Below are positions 47,110 to 57,418 of a stretch of 64,000 nucleotides of DNA, piece by piece. The stretch lies in the IMG/VR virus record IMGVR_UViG_3300029288_003134, positions 28,559-92,558 of that record; one strand, written 5' to 3'. A program made the translations under genes and the position numbers. This DNA is from a virus. Its lineage: Duplodnaviria > Caudoviricetes. The notes under the pieces were generated by a model. The model searched no databases. It was not told the origin of the DNA and saw only the letters and a list, made by a program, of their open reading frames with translations. Position 1 is the stretch's first letter; every line of letters starts with the position of its first letter.

Positions 47110-48243
47110 TTAGGCCGGAACGATAGCCACGAGTTTGCTGTTTGAGAAGTTCGCTTTAAGTGTAAAAGCATTGATCTCATTTAAAGAGACTGTGATGTTC
47201 TTATAACCCGTCAACAACTCCTCATAATTATAATGATTCAAAAGCGACCCGATAAGCAATCTACCAATGTTTGCCTTGCTGTCCAGAGCCAACTCATGCT
47301 CACCGAAAAGCTTGCTCTGTGAGAAATCCAACTCCTCTTGCGAGACAGGCCGAGTCAACTCATTGATAATAAGAGCCCGAGCTTGTTGAATCTTATCCGC
47401 ATTGAGGGCCGCATACACCCAATATTGGATGGTTCCGCAGCTGAATACTTGATAATTAAAACTGCAATGATAGACCAAATGGTTCGCTTCCCGGACAGTT
47501 TTGAATAGGCGGCCTTGAAACCCATTCATTACGGCATCCAAAACGCGCAGCTTATGGAGATCACGGGAGGTATCCTGATACATCAGACCAGTCAAAACCA
47601 TGTTGGCCTGCGTAATGCCCTGACGCGAAACGATGTGGTCAGCCTGAGAAAAGTCCTGTGATTCCCTGGCAAATTTATTGGGGAGAATGATCTGATTCCT
47701 TTCGTCATCCGTATCACCCACTTCAATCGGAACCATCTTTGTATACTGCTGTGCATAATAATGGGCCAAGGTCTGCTGAGAAATATTCGCCAGAGTTTCT
47801 TTCGTCCCAATTACCGGAATGTGCAGACCAGAACCTTTGTTAAAAACGGACTTCTGCGCCTCTTCAAAAACAGATGCCTGAGGATTATCTTGATACATTT
47901 TAAGCTCTTGGATAATCACCTCACGCTCATTATCAATCTCGCTGGCCGGGAAGATAGAATTGTGCACCATGTCATCAATAATCTCCCGAGCAACCTTCCG
48001 ATATTTGCTGCTGATGGTCATATAATAGAAAGTGTGTTCCTCACTCGTCCAAGCATTAAACTGGGCCCCATACTGCTCAACCGTGCGGGTAAGATCATCC
48101 TTAGACCGAGTTGTGGTGCCTTTAAAAAGCATGTGCTCGCAAAAGTGAGACACGCCCTTAATACTATCAGCCTCATCACGAGAACCAACGGGGATGAGCG
48201 TACCGACCAATACCGCATTACCACCTGTTTTAATCTTAATCAT
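47110..48243 (-). CDS. M16 family zinc peptidase
   Basis: GSRDE…GVSHFCEHMLFKGT…NAWTS…EREVIIQE. Confidence 0.9.
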   Translation of the reverse strand: MIKIKTGGNAVLVGTLIPVGSRDEADSIKGVSHFCEHMLFKGTTTRSKDDLTRTVEQYGAQFNAWTSEEHTFYYMTISSKYRKVAREIIDDMVHNSIFPASEIDNEREVIIQELKMYQDNPQASVFEEAQKSVFNKGSGLHIPVIGTKETLANISQQTLAHYYAQQYTKMVPIEVGDTDDERNQIILPNKFARESQDFSQADHIVSRQGITQANMVLTGLMYQDTSRDLHKLRVLDAVMNGFQGRLFKTVREANHLVYHCSFNYQVFSCGTIQYWVYAALNADKIQQARALIINELTRPVSQEELDFSQSKLFGEHELALDSKANIGRLLIGSLLNHYNYEELLTGYKNITVSLNEINAFTLKANFSNSKLVAIVPA

Positions 48244-48757
48244 TTTTTTAATCTCCTTTAGGTGCCTAATTCCTCTGACCCGTGAATAGTAACTATCCCA
48301 TCAGCGTCATTTTCCACACTTGCGATAGTGCCATTATTCATATAATCGAATACTTTGACCTCCATATCACGGTCAAAAGTTTTAAGCCGATTTATTAACT
48401 CTCGCACAGTCATCTTTAAGCTCCTTTAATGAATGACAATTTCTTGAGTTTTGTCATCTATATAAGTTTCGATGTGCATAATATCTGCCCAAGAAAAATC
48501 TATATAATCAATGTTATAATCTTTCTGTGTTTCGGTTAATTTTTTATCAACAAATTCTTTAAACTCATTCCAAGTCATAATCAATAACCCTCCCACTGCA
48601 TGCCGCAGTCTTGACAATCAAAATGCTCATTTACAGCATCATATTGCGGGCTCATACCCACAGATTTTATATTCCTAGATTGGCACCTTGGGCAGATTTC
48701 TCCACGACAGGCCGCTTCCTGTTGCTTCTCTGTTAAGGTTGGAAAATTACTCGGCAT

Positions 48758-50176
48758 TTAAAGCTCCAGATAATTGATGTTTGCCTGTTTCTTGAGGATG
48801 TCTTTATGCGTTACCAAAAAGACTTGTTTCAGATAACCCATCTCCATGAAGTTCTCGAACAGTTCCATGACTCTTAGAGAATTTTCATCGTCAACTTTCT
48901 CGAAGCCTTCGTCCACCATAAAGAAATCAATCATAGTATTGCAAAGCTGCTTATAAACAACCATTGTCCCGAGCCGAAAGCAGAGATTGACAAGGGCCCG
49001 CTCAGAGCCGCTAAGATCGGACATCTCTTGAATGTTATCTTCTTTATGGATGAGCGGCTTAAAATCCGGCTGATTTGATTCTGGTTTCTCGGTTCGGATA
49101 CTCACCCGCATATCCGGGAAAATGATCTGCAAAAGATTATTCGTGGTCTCTGTAATTACCGGGATATAAATTTGAAGCAGGTAAGCCGGAAACCCTCGCG
49201 GATTCAGAATTGGAAGAACCTGCTCCAAAGCCTTAATCCTGTCCACGTTGACCGTATTTCCGGTGTCCCTTGCCCGCTCACTGATACGGGTTAAAATCTG
49301 ATTTCCTTTAAAGACGCGATCATTGGTCTCGTTTATGCGCTTTTGAACAATCGCCTGTTTCTTTTCAACCTCTGCCTGCTTTGTTCGCAAGATCGCCTCG
49401 AAGTCTTTAAGCTTCTTAGCCCGTTCCTGAACCTGCGCTAAAAGAGCCTTTTTATAATCCTCGTGAATCTTCTGGCCGCAAGCATTACACTTGTGCTGAT
49501 TTATGAGTGTTACATTTCTCTGCACGTAACTTTTGTGGGCCCGGAGTTCTCCCCACTTATTCGACAGCACGCTGTTAATGGCATCGAGTTTTGAACTTGC
49601 TTGGTCATTCGTCGCGCCCTTAACCTTAATGGCTGTAATGATCTTCTTAACACGCTCGGCACGGGCCCTTAACAGGGGAAGATTCACCTTCTTGGTTGTC
49701 TGTTCAACCGCTAGTAGGCCACGATATTCAGCAGATAAAACATCGTATCGCTTGGAGTACCTATCCAGATTGAAAATTCCAATCAAGAACTTCCGCAAAT
49801 AGGCCGGGTCAAACAAACTCTTTTGCTCATGCGAAGAGATATAGAAGATGCTGAGAAACTCGTTATAGTCAACTTTAAGCTTGGTCTCCAGCTCTAATTT
49901 CGTGGTGCGCTCTAGGGTGGACTTGCTGGCATCCCGCTTTCGTGTGAGCTTAACTTCATCGGTGTCGAGAATGACAATGGCTTCTTTAGAGTCAAAGTTT
50001 ACGATCTTCTCAAGCTTCGAGTTCTGTGTCTTACCAAATAGGCCGAAGCAGATAGCCTCCATGATATGCGTCTTGCCATGACGATTTTTTCCAATTATGG
50101 CATTTATGCCAGGTTTAAATGTGGCCTCGAATTCCTTATGGATGCCAAAGCCTAGAAGTTTAATCCGGTTAATCAC
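48758..50176 (-). CDS. SbcC/Rad50-like ATPase (gp46-like)
   Basis: GKNRHGKT, Zn-hook CNAC, LSGSE, FMVDE, VTH. Confidence 0.9.
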   Translation of the reverse strand: MINRIKLLGFGIHKEFEATFKPGINAIIGKNRHGKTHIMEAICFGLFGKTQNSKLEKIVNFDSKEAIVILDTDEVKLTRKRDASKSTLERTTKLELETKLKVDYNEFLSIFYISSHEQKSLFDPAYLRKFLIGIFNLDRYSKRYDVLSAEYRGLLAVEQTTKKVNLPLLRARAERVKKIITAIKVKGATNDQASSKLDAINSVLSNKWGELRAHKSYVQRNVTLINQHKCNACGQKIHEDYKKALLAQVQERAKKLKDFEAILRTKQAEVEKKQAIVQKRINETNDRVFKGNQILTRISERARDTGNTVNVDRIKALEQVLPILNPRGFPAYLLQIYIPVITETTNNLLQIIFPDMRVSIRTEKPESNQPDFKPLIHKEDNIQEMSDLSGSERALVNLCFRLGTMVVYKQLCNTMIDFFMVDEGFEKVDDENSLRVMELFENFMEMGYLKQVFLVTHKDILKKQANINYLEL

Positions 50177-50582
50177 ACCAAAGCCCCTTAGTTCGTAACG
50201 CCCTAAAAATTTTTAGTTTAACCTTATAATAAATTTCATCTGAAGGTTTGGGCGCATCCTTATCAACCCAATCCTCCATCCATTGTAAAGACTCTTCAAA
50301 AACTTGAATATCTTTCCGCTTTAAAAGCTGCTTGAGTGCCCATAACTGCGCGGCATACTCGGCCTGAAAGAGCGTCTGCCCATCTTGGTCACAGGAAATA
50401 TGGCCCATCTCATGCCAAATAAGCGGCCAATTTTCCAGCTGGCTTTCGCAGATTTCCACAACCTTAGCGGCATTATCGGTAATGGCTCCGTAATTATTCG
50501 GGAGTCTCCGCTTTACCTGAACCTCATACGTTTGGCCTGTGATCTGCCAGATAAGCCTTTTAAGACTATTTGATCTCCGCAT
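50169..50582 (-). CDS. Putative HExxH metallopeptidase (ImmA/IrrE-like)
   Basis: WHEMGH…EYAAQLWA. Confidence 0.55.
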   Translation of the reverse strand: MRRSNSLKRLIWQITGQTYEVQVKRRLPNNYGAITDNAAKVVEICESQLENWPLIWHEMGHISCDQDGQTLFQAEYAAQLWALKQLLKRKDIQVFEESLQWMEDWVDKDAPKPSDEIYYKVKLKIFRALRTKGLWCD

Positions 50583-51270
50583 CTATCAACCCCGCTAAGG
50601 CTAGGATAAAAGCATCAGCCATATTGTCTTCTTCGATGGTCAAATCAAATTTATCCTCAAGGAAGTTTTTAACCTGATCTTTTACCTCCAGGGGTTTCCG
50701 TTTCCAGACTTTTTTTCGCTTAGTTTCGCCCTCTACCGAATAAGTCTGAAATGCAAACTCTCCGCGATCTTGGATAAAGCCCACACGTCTACGGGCAACA
50801 TCCGGCTGAATTGGGTCTGGAATATTCTTCGTCCACTTCAAGAAAGCCACGAAGCTCATTGTTGCAAATTTAGCCAGCACCTTCGTAGTCCAAACCGACT
50901 GGCCCATCCAGCAGTCCTCTATGACTACAACCTTATTCGACCCAGCAGAAAGGCCCTCTGTTTGAATTTCATTAACAAAGGCCGAAGCTTGTTTGTAGTA
51001 ATCTAAAAGTTTTGCGTGTAAGCCCCCCTTTCCCGTTTCTTTCACATTGACCACGGCCAGCTTATCCATGTAGAGCTTGTCTCCCGTAGTTCTCAGAACG
51101 CAGAGGCCAGTCTTTTTCTGTGCAACGTCAACACCCAAAGAAGCCCAGTCTTTCTTGATCTCCACGTTAAGTATACCACATAATTCGTCAAGGTCAATAG
51201 AGAAATTTTTGGGAATCTCAATTTGTTTCTTAGCCACAACCTTCTTCTTTCGTGTTTTCTTTACCATCAT
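50566..51270 (-). CDS. RuvC-like Holliday junction resolvase
   Basis: LGVDVAQKKTG…VVIED…NMADAF. Confidence 0.75.
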   Translation of the reverse strand: MMVKKTRKKKVVAKKQIEIPKNFSIDLDELCGILNVEIKKDWASLGVDVAQKKTGLCVLRTTGDKLYMDKLAVVNVKETGKGGLHAKLLDYYKQASAFVNEIQTEGLSAGSNKVVVIEDCWMGQSVWTTKVLAKFATMSFVAFLKWTKNIPDPIQPDVARRRVGFIQDRGEFAFQTYSVEGETKRKKVWKRKPLEVKDQVKNFLEDKFDLTIEEDNMADAFILALAGLIDAEIK

Positions 51271-51467
51271 AACCTCCGACTAAAGTTCGATTGAAACCCC
51301 TACGACATAATTAAGCGCAACCTTTTTACCGTTGACATCCTTCATGGCACGGGGTTCAATAACAATCCCGCTTACCGCAAGGCCTGTTTCCTGATTGAAT
51401 TTCTCCACTCGCGCAGCCAGATCAGCTTTTAGGACACTGACGACATCGGGTAATTCTTTAGTTTCCA

Positions 51468-52031
51468 TTACATGATCTCCAATAGTTTACGATAAATGTA
51501 AAAGGTATTCCGGGCATCATCACAGGCCTGATGCTTTTTGCCTTTAAATTGTAACCCTAATTTAGTCATAGCCTTAGACAAACCGCCCTGATATGGCACG
51601 TCTGTTTTAAAACAGCGGGAAACATACAGAGTTTTTGCATCTATCCAACGTCGGCCAAATAGGTAAAATTTTAGGCCCTCCGCAGAATGCAATATGGGTA
51701 AGCTCGGAGATTTTTCCAGTTGAGTTTTTAAATACTCGCTATCGCCGCCACCCCAAACAAGCGCATTACGGAAGCAATTAAAATCTTTATGCAACTGAAT
51801 TAACTGTCGATAGGCCGTGATAAGACAAATACCATTCAGAACATCCGTTTGTCGAATCCCCGTTAATTGCGTGATGGTTGGGTTGATTATCTCAGCAGTC
51901 CAAATATGTGCTGAATATTCTGCAAGAATCTCGCCCGAGGCTAAATTACCCACAACCGCACCAACCTGAATGATCGTACCACTCGGCTGATTCAACTCTA
52001 AATCTAGGGATAGAAGATTGATGTCTTTCAT
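51468..52031 (-). CDS. DEDDh 3'-5' exonuclease
   Basis: LDLELNQ…WGGGD…HQACDDA. Confidence 0.85.
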   Translation of the reverse strand: MKDINLLSLDLELNQPSGTIIQVGAVVGNLASGEILAEYSAHIWTAEIINPTITQLTGIRQTDVLNGICLITAYRQLIQLHKDFNCFRNALVWGGGDSEYLKTQLEKSPSLPILHSAEGLKFYLFGRRWIDAKTLYVSRCFKTDVPYQGGLSKAMTKLGLQFKGKKHQACDDARNTFYIYRKLLEIM

Positions 52032-52957
52032 TTTAACTCCGCAGCCACTAATGCGTGGGGTACTTTCTTGAGCTCACAGTATTTCCGCAATAAGGCTTCT
52101 TGATCGAGACTTTCCGGGATGTCGGTTTTTAATTCGTTTACTTGAATCGTCTGCTGGTAATACTCAACTGTAAAGCTTTCCTTGATCTTTGCAATAGCTC
52201 GGTGGGTTGCTGCCAGAGATGAACTATCGGTCACAGCTTTTATCTTCAGGTCGATCTCTTTCAAACCTGTTTCTTGAAGAGTCTTAAAGCCTGACGCTTT
52301 GACCTTGCCCTCTTGCCCGAACAGTTGAACTTCAAACATTGGCCGGGAGGCTATCTCAACCCACTCAATCTTATCATCGTCGTTAATTATGGCTATACGC
52401 TTCTTATCATTTATCTGATCGAAAGCTGTTTTATACATGGAACCAACATAATTAACATTCTCGAAAGAACAAGATGGATTATGGATGTGCCCAAGAACAT
52501 AGGTTTTAGCTTTATCAATCTCCTTTTGACTCTGTGAAAGCGTTCCGTTAATATACCGTGTACCCTTAACCTCGTAATGCCCAAAAACAAACTGCCCGAG
52601 TTCCAGCTCTTCAACTGCTCGAATGTCTGAAAGCATAATGAGGTCTTCCAGATTATAGATTCCTTTCGTGAATTCGTGCGAGTCAGTCCCTTTAATCAAA
52701 GTCACATCTGAGAAATACAGAAAGAGCCGTTTAAGAAAACTTGCAAACATTACCCGCTCTTCAACCATCGGGCTTTTATTAAAAATATCCCCAGTAATAA
52801 TACAACGTGGCTTTGGGGCTGTTACCTCGCGCTGGTTAAGCAAGTCAAGGATTGCACAGATACTATCTTCCGCAGTCAGTATGGCTTTTTTACGGCCCTG
52901 CGAATAGTGTGGGTCTCCTATCACAACGATCTTTGACTTAGGGGTTCTCTTTTTCAT
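52028..52957 (-). CDS. SbcD/Mre11-like nuclease (gp47-like)
   Basis: GDPH, GDIF, SHE, LGHIH, YVGS. Confidence 0.8.
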   Translation of the reverse strand: MKKRTPKSKIVVIGDPHYSQGRKKAILTAEDSICAILDLLNQREVTAPKPRCIITGDIFNKSPMVEERVMFASFLKRLFLYFSDVTLIKGTDSHEFTKGIYNLEDLIMLSDIRAVEELELGQFVFGHYEVKGTRYINGTLSQSQKEIDKAKTYVLGHIHNPSCSFENVNYVGSMYKTAFDQINDKKRIAIINDDDKIEWVEIASRPMFEVQLFGQEGKVKASGFKTLQETGLKEIDLKIKAVTDSSSLAATHRAIAKIKESFTVEYYQQTIQVNELKTDIPESLDQEALLRKYCELKKVPHALVAAELK

Positions 52958-53259
52958 TTCTCAATATCTGCCTTTTTAATTACCCGGCCAACCACATAAT
53001 ACTCAGGAAGATCGAGTAACAGGACTGAATTTAGCTTTCCCATTGCAAGAGAGTCTTCCACCAGCTTATCACACATTTTTGTGGTAACACTGATGGACTT
53101 ATTCTTTGTGCCCTTATGATCTAGGCAGGTATCCGCATCACTGAAATCGCCCTTCCAGCTCAAGGCACCGCTGCAAAGATGGCGGAATACTTTTGCCTCT
53201 TTCTTATTCGCGGTACTCTTAATAGAGTCTGGCTTATTGAAGTATGCTGGAAAACCCAT
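52954..53259 (-). CDS. Small PD-(D/E)XK nuclease / Hjc-like resolvase
   Basis: E…SGA…KGD…DHK pattern. Confidence 0.5.
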   Translation of the reverse strand: MGFPAYFNKPDSIKSTANKKEAKVFRHLCSGALSWKGDFSDADTCLDHKGTKNKSISVTTKMCDKLVEDSLAMGKLNSVLLLDLPEYYVVGRVIKKADIEK

Positions 53260-53588
53260 TAGCGATTATCCCCTGAACCCTGTAGCTTTCCTCGGGCCTG
53301 TCGATCTTTTAACTTGGCAATATTGGCCGCAGCAATTTCGTCTAAGGTAAACCCTAAATCCGCAGCTGTATTTGCGAGATACCACATAACATCTCCGAGT
53401 TCTTTCCGCATGTCTTCTTTAAAAAGCTTGCTTCCAAAGTCTCTATCACAATCACGAATTTGTTTCTTGAGCTTACCCGCGACCTCGCCCGCCTCATTGA
53501 CCAGACCCATGACATGTGAGATTAACCCCAAGTCTTTCGGGTAGATGTCGAGCTTTCTGGCTTCTTTTTGATACTGTTTAGAGTTCAT
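53259..53588 (-). CDS. MazG-like nucleotide pyrophosphohydrolase
   Basis: GLVNEAGEVAGKLKK…ELGDVMWY…GSGDNR. Confidence 0.9.
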   Translation of the reverse strand: MNSKQYQKEARKLDIYPKDLGLISHVMGLVNEAGEVAGKLKKQIRDCDRDFGSKLFKEDMRKELGDVMWYLANTAADLGFTLDEIAAANIAKLKDRQARGKLQGSGDNR

Positions 53589-54277
53589 TATGGCATCAAC
53601 CCATCCGTATCAGGAACCTTTTTAGAAAAATCAAAATGCTGATAGGCACACCAGTAGCCCTGTACCCTAATACTGAATGGACTGACCTCCTGCACCATAA
53701 TCATGTCCCTGGGATTTAGATTTTTCGTCCACTCTATCTCCTCCGCCCCAAAATAACCATCCATTACAACATCAACATAATCACCAACTTTAAAGGGGTT
53801 GGTATTCGTAACAATTTTAATTTCTTCGGGTTTTTCTGCGACTTCGGTGGTTTTTATTGCCGTATAGGGTTCTTTGGCATTCGGGTAACGCTCAATAATT
53901 TCAGCTGCTTTTTTATTGAGGTCTTCTTTCCAATCTTTCGGAGCCTTCGGGGGTCTATCATCCACCCAATTTCCCTGAATCATACTATCCCGAAGAACGG
54001 TCAAACCAGCAATCGCCTTGGTGATGTGACTCAAACCGGACTCCCGATCAATGTCCTCACCCTCCCAAAAAGGGGCCAAGTGTCGCATGATAACCGCATC
54101 AATATATACGCTCGCCCGTACCCCAGCCACACGCCAGTTATGCCGACCATATTTCCGTGCACCTTCAAGTAAAGCCAGAGCAAGTTCGCCCAAGACCGTA
54201 AAGGGAATAACCGAGATAGGAACCTTTTTTGTTCCAACAGCATCCTTAGGATTAGTGTCTTTGGTATTATTTGTCAT
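53588..54277 (-). CDS. DUF5664-like dATP/dGTP diphosphohydrolase-domain protein
   Basis: NPKDAVG…EGARKYGRHNWR…RHL…GEDIDRESGLSH; ATG at 54277 with GAGG RBS. Confidence 0.8.
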   Translation of the reverse strand: MTNNTKDTNPKDAVGTKKVPISVIPFTVLGELALALLEGARKYGRHNWRVAGVRASVYIDAVIMRHLAPFWEGEDIDRESGLSHITKAIAGLTVLRDSMIQGNWVDDRPPKAPKDWKEDLNKKAAEIIERYPNAKEPYTAIKTTEVAEKPEEIKIVTNTNPFKVGDYVDVVMDGYFGAEEIEWTKNLNPRDMIMVQEVSPFSIRVQGYWCAYQHFDFSKKVPDTDGLMP

Positions 54278-54581
54278 TGTGTCCTCTCGTGATCTTATAC
54301 TTATGCTTTTTCTCAACCTTTTCTTTTGCCTGTTTTACGGGCAATTTATACGTGTCCTCCAAGAACTTTTCAATCTCAGTGATCTTCTGTTTCTTCACAG
54401 AAAATATTTTATGAATCAGGCCAATACAAGAGCTGCAAACCTCATAGGTTACTCGCGGACTTGCGGTACGCCCCTGCATAGGGGAGCCAAAATCCTTCTC
54501 TTCAATTAAGAGGATAATGTGCCGCTCTTTGCTGATAGGCTGCGAACATAAATCACAATAATTTACGATCACGATTCATCC

Positions 54582-55172
54582 TCACTTTTTTATTTTCAAC
54601 TGATATTTAGAATCCAAGAAATTTAAAAGCTCTGTTTCCGTATTGAAAAATCTTCCGCCTGTCCCATAAACCATCTGAACAAAACTGCCTTTATAGCCCG
54701 TTCTGGGCATTGTCTGAATAACATAGATGGGAATTTTGTGTTCTATTGCAATGCACGCTTCCCCGTATGTTCCGCAAGGCTCATCTCCGGCCTCTAGGCG
54801 AGCAATCAAAAAGTTTGAATTTACAACGTAATCGCAATCCCCCATAATATGAATTAGCCGGGCCCTACCATTCGCATCTTTCTCTATGTACGTTTTACCC
54901 TTCCAAATAAGCCTGCCGTGCTCTGCGATCTTGTCATTATGGCCGGAGGCCAGCCAGCCTTGAACTCTTGCGTGAAAGACCTCTGATTCCATGCCAATCT
55001 TACTCTGCTCTTCCAGAGTTGGGTCAAAAACATAGATAGGATTTCCGTTTGAATCAATCCGTTTATTTAGCTCTACGGTAAAGTTCTTGCGCCAGCTTCG
55101 GCCACAGTCACCCTTCTGTGTTTTCTCCATCGGCCCAATTAGGTATGTTTTTAACCAGTCATTTATAATCAT
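54582..55172 (-). CDS. Nucleoside 2-deoxyribosyltransferase-like protein
   Basis: TYLIGPM…WR…FDP…D…GTYGE…KIPIYV. Confidence 0.65.
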   Translation of the reverse strand: MIINDWLKTYLIGPMEKTQKGDCGRSWRKNFTVELNKRIDSNGNPIYVFDPTLEEQSKIGMESEVFHARVQGWLASGHNDKIAEHGRLIWKGKTYIEKDANGRARLIHIMGDCDYVVNSNFLIARLEAGDEPCGTYGEACIAIEHKIPIYVIQTMPRTGYKGSFVQMVYGTGGRFFNTETELLNFLDSKYQLKIKK

Positions 55173-55286
55173 AGATTTACCTATAGAAGATGAGAAGGTT
55201 TGCTACTGCGATTAAGATGCCCACCAGTTTCATGCGTAAATCGGGCTGGTAAAAAGATACACCGAGATACCCTACAGTCATAAGAG

Positions 55287-55877
55287 CTAAGAAAATTTTA
55301 TACATTGTTCACGTTCCTTTACGAGGTTGTAAACCTCTTCCCAGCTTTCCGCTCGTGGATTGCTGACATCAATATTTGTACTATTTGCAAAACAGATTGT
55401 ATAGACCCCAAGCTTTCTGAGGGCGTCGATATTATGCGGGGTATCCTCAATAAAGGCGTCTGCATAAATGTCTGTCTTTGACTTCAAAAAACATAAGTCC
55501 CAAAAAGGAATTCCGTTCTTCTCAAGCCACTCAACCGTTTGAACAACGGCCTCTTTATGAAAATACTTAATGCAGAGTCTATGCGTAACAATCCGAATTC
55601 TCACACCCTCATCCGAAAGTTTCCGAAGATATTTCCGGGCTCCCGGCATGATGGGCATGATAGAGAAAAGATTTTTCTGAGTAACTGCAAACCGATGGAA
55701 GTCCTCATAGTCCTGCCGAGTTTGAATTCCCCAGCAATTTAAGCTAAAGGAGTCAGCCACCGGAATTTGCTCCAAAGGAATCTCGGCGTATTCGGAAAAT
55801 ATCTCGCGCATACAGCCGTAGAAATCCCCACAAACCCCGTCCAAATCCACATCTAAGATCAATCTTCGGTCTGCCAT
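55287..55877 (-). CDS. 5'(3')-deoxyribonucleotidase (NT5C, HAD)
   Basis: DLDGV, IVTHR, K…FIED. Confidence 0.85.
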   Translation of the reverse strand: MADRRLILDVDLDGVCGDFYGCMREIFSEYAEIPLEQIPVADSFSLNCWGIQTRQDYEDFHRFAVTQKNLFSIMPIMPGARKYLRKLSDEGVRIRIVTHRLCIKYFHKEAVVQTVEWLEKNGIPFWDLCFLKSKTDIYADAFIEDTPHNIDALRKLGVYTICFANSTNIDVSNPRAESWEEVYNLVKEREQCIKFS

Positions 55878-55885
55878 AAGGCTCC

Positions 55886-56599
55886 TTAAAAATTCCAGTG
55901 AAGTGAGGTTAAACCGCGAATATCGCCCTCGTAACCAATGCCGCCACTTATGCCGATTGAGGTATTCTGAAGAGCTTTTTGCTCAAATCTTTTGCTGATG
56001 CCCAGCGGATAAAAGCCCTTATTGGTAATAGAGCTATCCAAATTCCAAAGATACCACTTGAACCAGGCCACCCCCACACCGCCCTCCAGTGCCACCGTAG
56101 TGTCCTGATCGCCGCCAAAGCCTGCGCCTGTGCCTACTAAAGCAAAAGGCTTCAGCTGTAGGCCTATGGGTTTCAAAACTGCCTGTAAACCGGGAACATC
56201 TTTAACGCAAATATCCTTGATTTTTTTGCCTGTTTTGGTATCTAAAACTTCAGCTGTACCATTTGCTCGAATATGTAGCGTTTCACCATTAAGCTTAATT
56301 CTGGCCTCTTTGCCCTCAATATCCAAATAAACGGGTCTATTTCCTATGCCTTTCAGATAACCATAGCCGAAGAAGAGCCCAATAGCAAGAATATAGATCA
56401 ATAATTTTCGGACATTAAAGATTGACGTAATATCCTTCAACCATTTCACCGGGTCAAATACGCTGACCATACCGGAAAGGAACTTCTTGCCACTCACAGT
56501 TTCCGGCGGATTTACCTTAGCGGTATATTCGGCTTGTGAGATTACGCCAGCGGCCAAAAGATCATCCAAGGCTTTTTTTTGTTCAGCTGTCAGAGCCAT
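55886..56599 (-). CDS. Membrane protein: SHOCT-like N-terminus, TM helix, C-terminal beta strands
   Basis: LDDLLAAGVISQAEY; LLIYILAIGLFFGYGYL; Gly/aromatic strands ending in HWNF. Confidence 0.55.
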   Translation of the reverse strand: MALTAEQKKALDDLLAAGVISQAEYTAKVNPPETVSGKKFLSGMVSVFDPVKWLKDITSIFNVRKLLIYILAIGLFFGYGYLKGIGNRPVYLDIEGKEARIKLNGETLHIRANGTAEVLDTKTGKKIKDICVKDVPGLQAVLKPIGLQLKPFALVGTGAGFGGDQDTTVALEGGVGVAWFKWYLWNLDSSITNKGFYPLGISKRFEQKALQNTSIGISGGIGYEGDIRGLTSLHWNF

Positions 56600-56749
56600 A
56601 ATATTTATCCCTTCTCTTTTCCAACTTTGCTAAAAGTAGCTCAGCGGCTTTCCAACATTTTTCAGAAGACCAACTCGGATGCTTTAGCCAATAACGATAA
56701 GCCAACTTTTCTAATGTGCGCTGTTTTGCTCCGATAACCATGACAACCC

Positions 56750-57415
56750 CTATCTGCTTTTTGTATTTAGAACTTTGGTATCTTTCGTATCTTTTTCTTT
56801 TGGTGCATAGATCGAATTTTTTAGGGAATCAATGAATTCAGAATACGTTACATAGCCATATTTTACAGGCTCTAAAATCGCTATTGTTTTCCACGTAGGG
56901 TATAAGGCTTTGATCGCTAGAATTGGACTTCTCTCGAAGGTTGCCAAAATTTCCTTATTTGAAAAGACCGAGTAATATTGGCCGTCTAAAAAGACAGTTA
57001 TTGCATGCTCAACAGATTCAAAACCTGTATCCGTGGGTCTAACGTAAGAAACATAATAGGTCTGCGCGGAGTAACCTAATTTATGTAGCATTGCCTTACT
57101 ATAAATAGCGAAGTCATCACAATCGCCGTGCCGAGAAAAAGATAAAACTTCAGGAGTTTGAAAGTAATCAAAATAGTCCAGCGGGGCTTGATCTGAAAAA
57201 TAATACATTGTGTCTCTCATATAAATAGAGAGAGCCTTTGCATTATCCATGCCCTCAATTAGCGTGATGCTTGGGCTATTCGGCCTAGAAACTAATACCT
57301 TTGATTCCGTAAGCACCATTGAAGCCTGTGCGGTAAGGCTCAGCACACCCGCGAGATAAACCGTTCCAACAATCGTAAAAAACATAAACAGTCTCCTCAT
57401 TCTATCAGCCCTCAA
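56750..57415 (-). CDS. Exported transglutaminase-like cysteine protease
   Basis: Signal/TM segment, QTPE…GDCDDFA…HA. Confidence 0.75.
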   Translation of the reverse strand: MRADRMRRLFMFFTIVGTVYLAGVLSLTAQASMVLTESKVLVSRPNSPSITLIEGMDNAKALSIYMRDTMYYFSDQAPLDYFDYFQTPEVLSFSRHGDCDDFAIYSKAMLHKLGYSAQTYYVSYVRPTDTGFESVEHAITVFLDGQYYSVFSNKEILATFERSPILAIKALYPTWKTIAILEPVKYGYVTYSEFIDSLKNSIYAPKEKDTKDTKVLNTKSR

Positions 57416-57418
57416 CTT

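Noticed and set aside
51169-51191. Additional TGGTATACTT promoter inside the RuvC-like gene
   Set aside because: The nearest TTGAC is only about 11 bp from the -10 box, so the spacing is wrong
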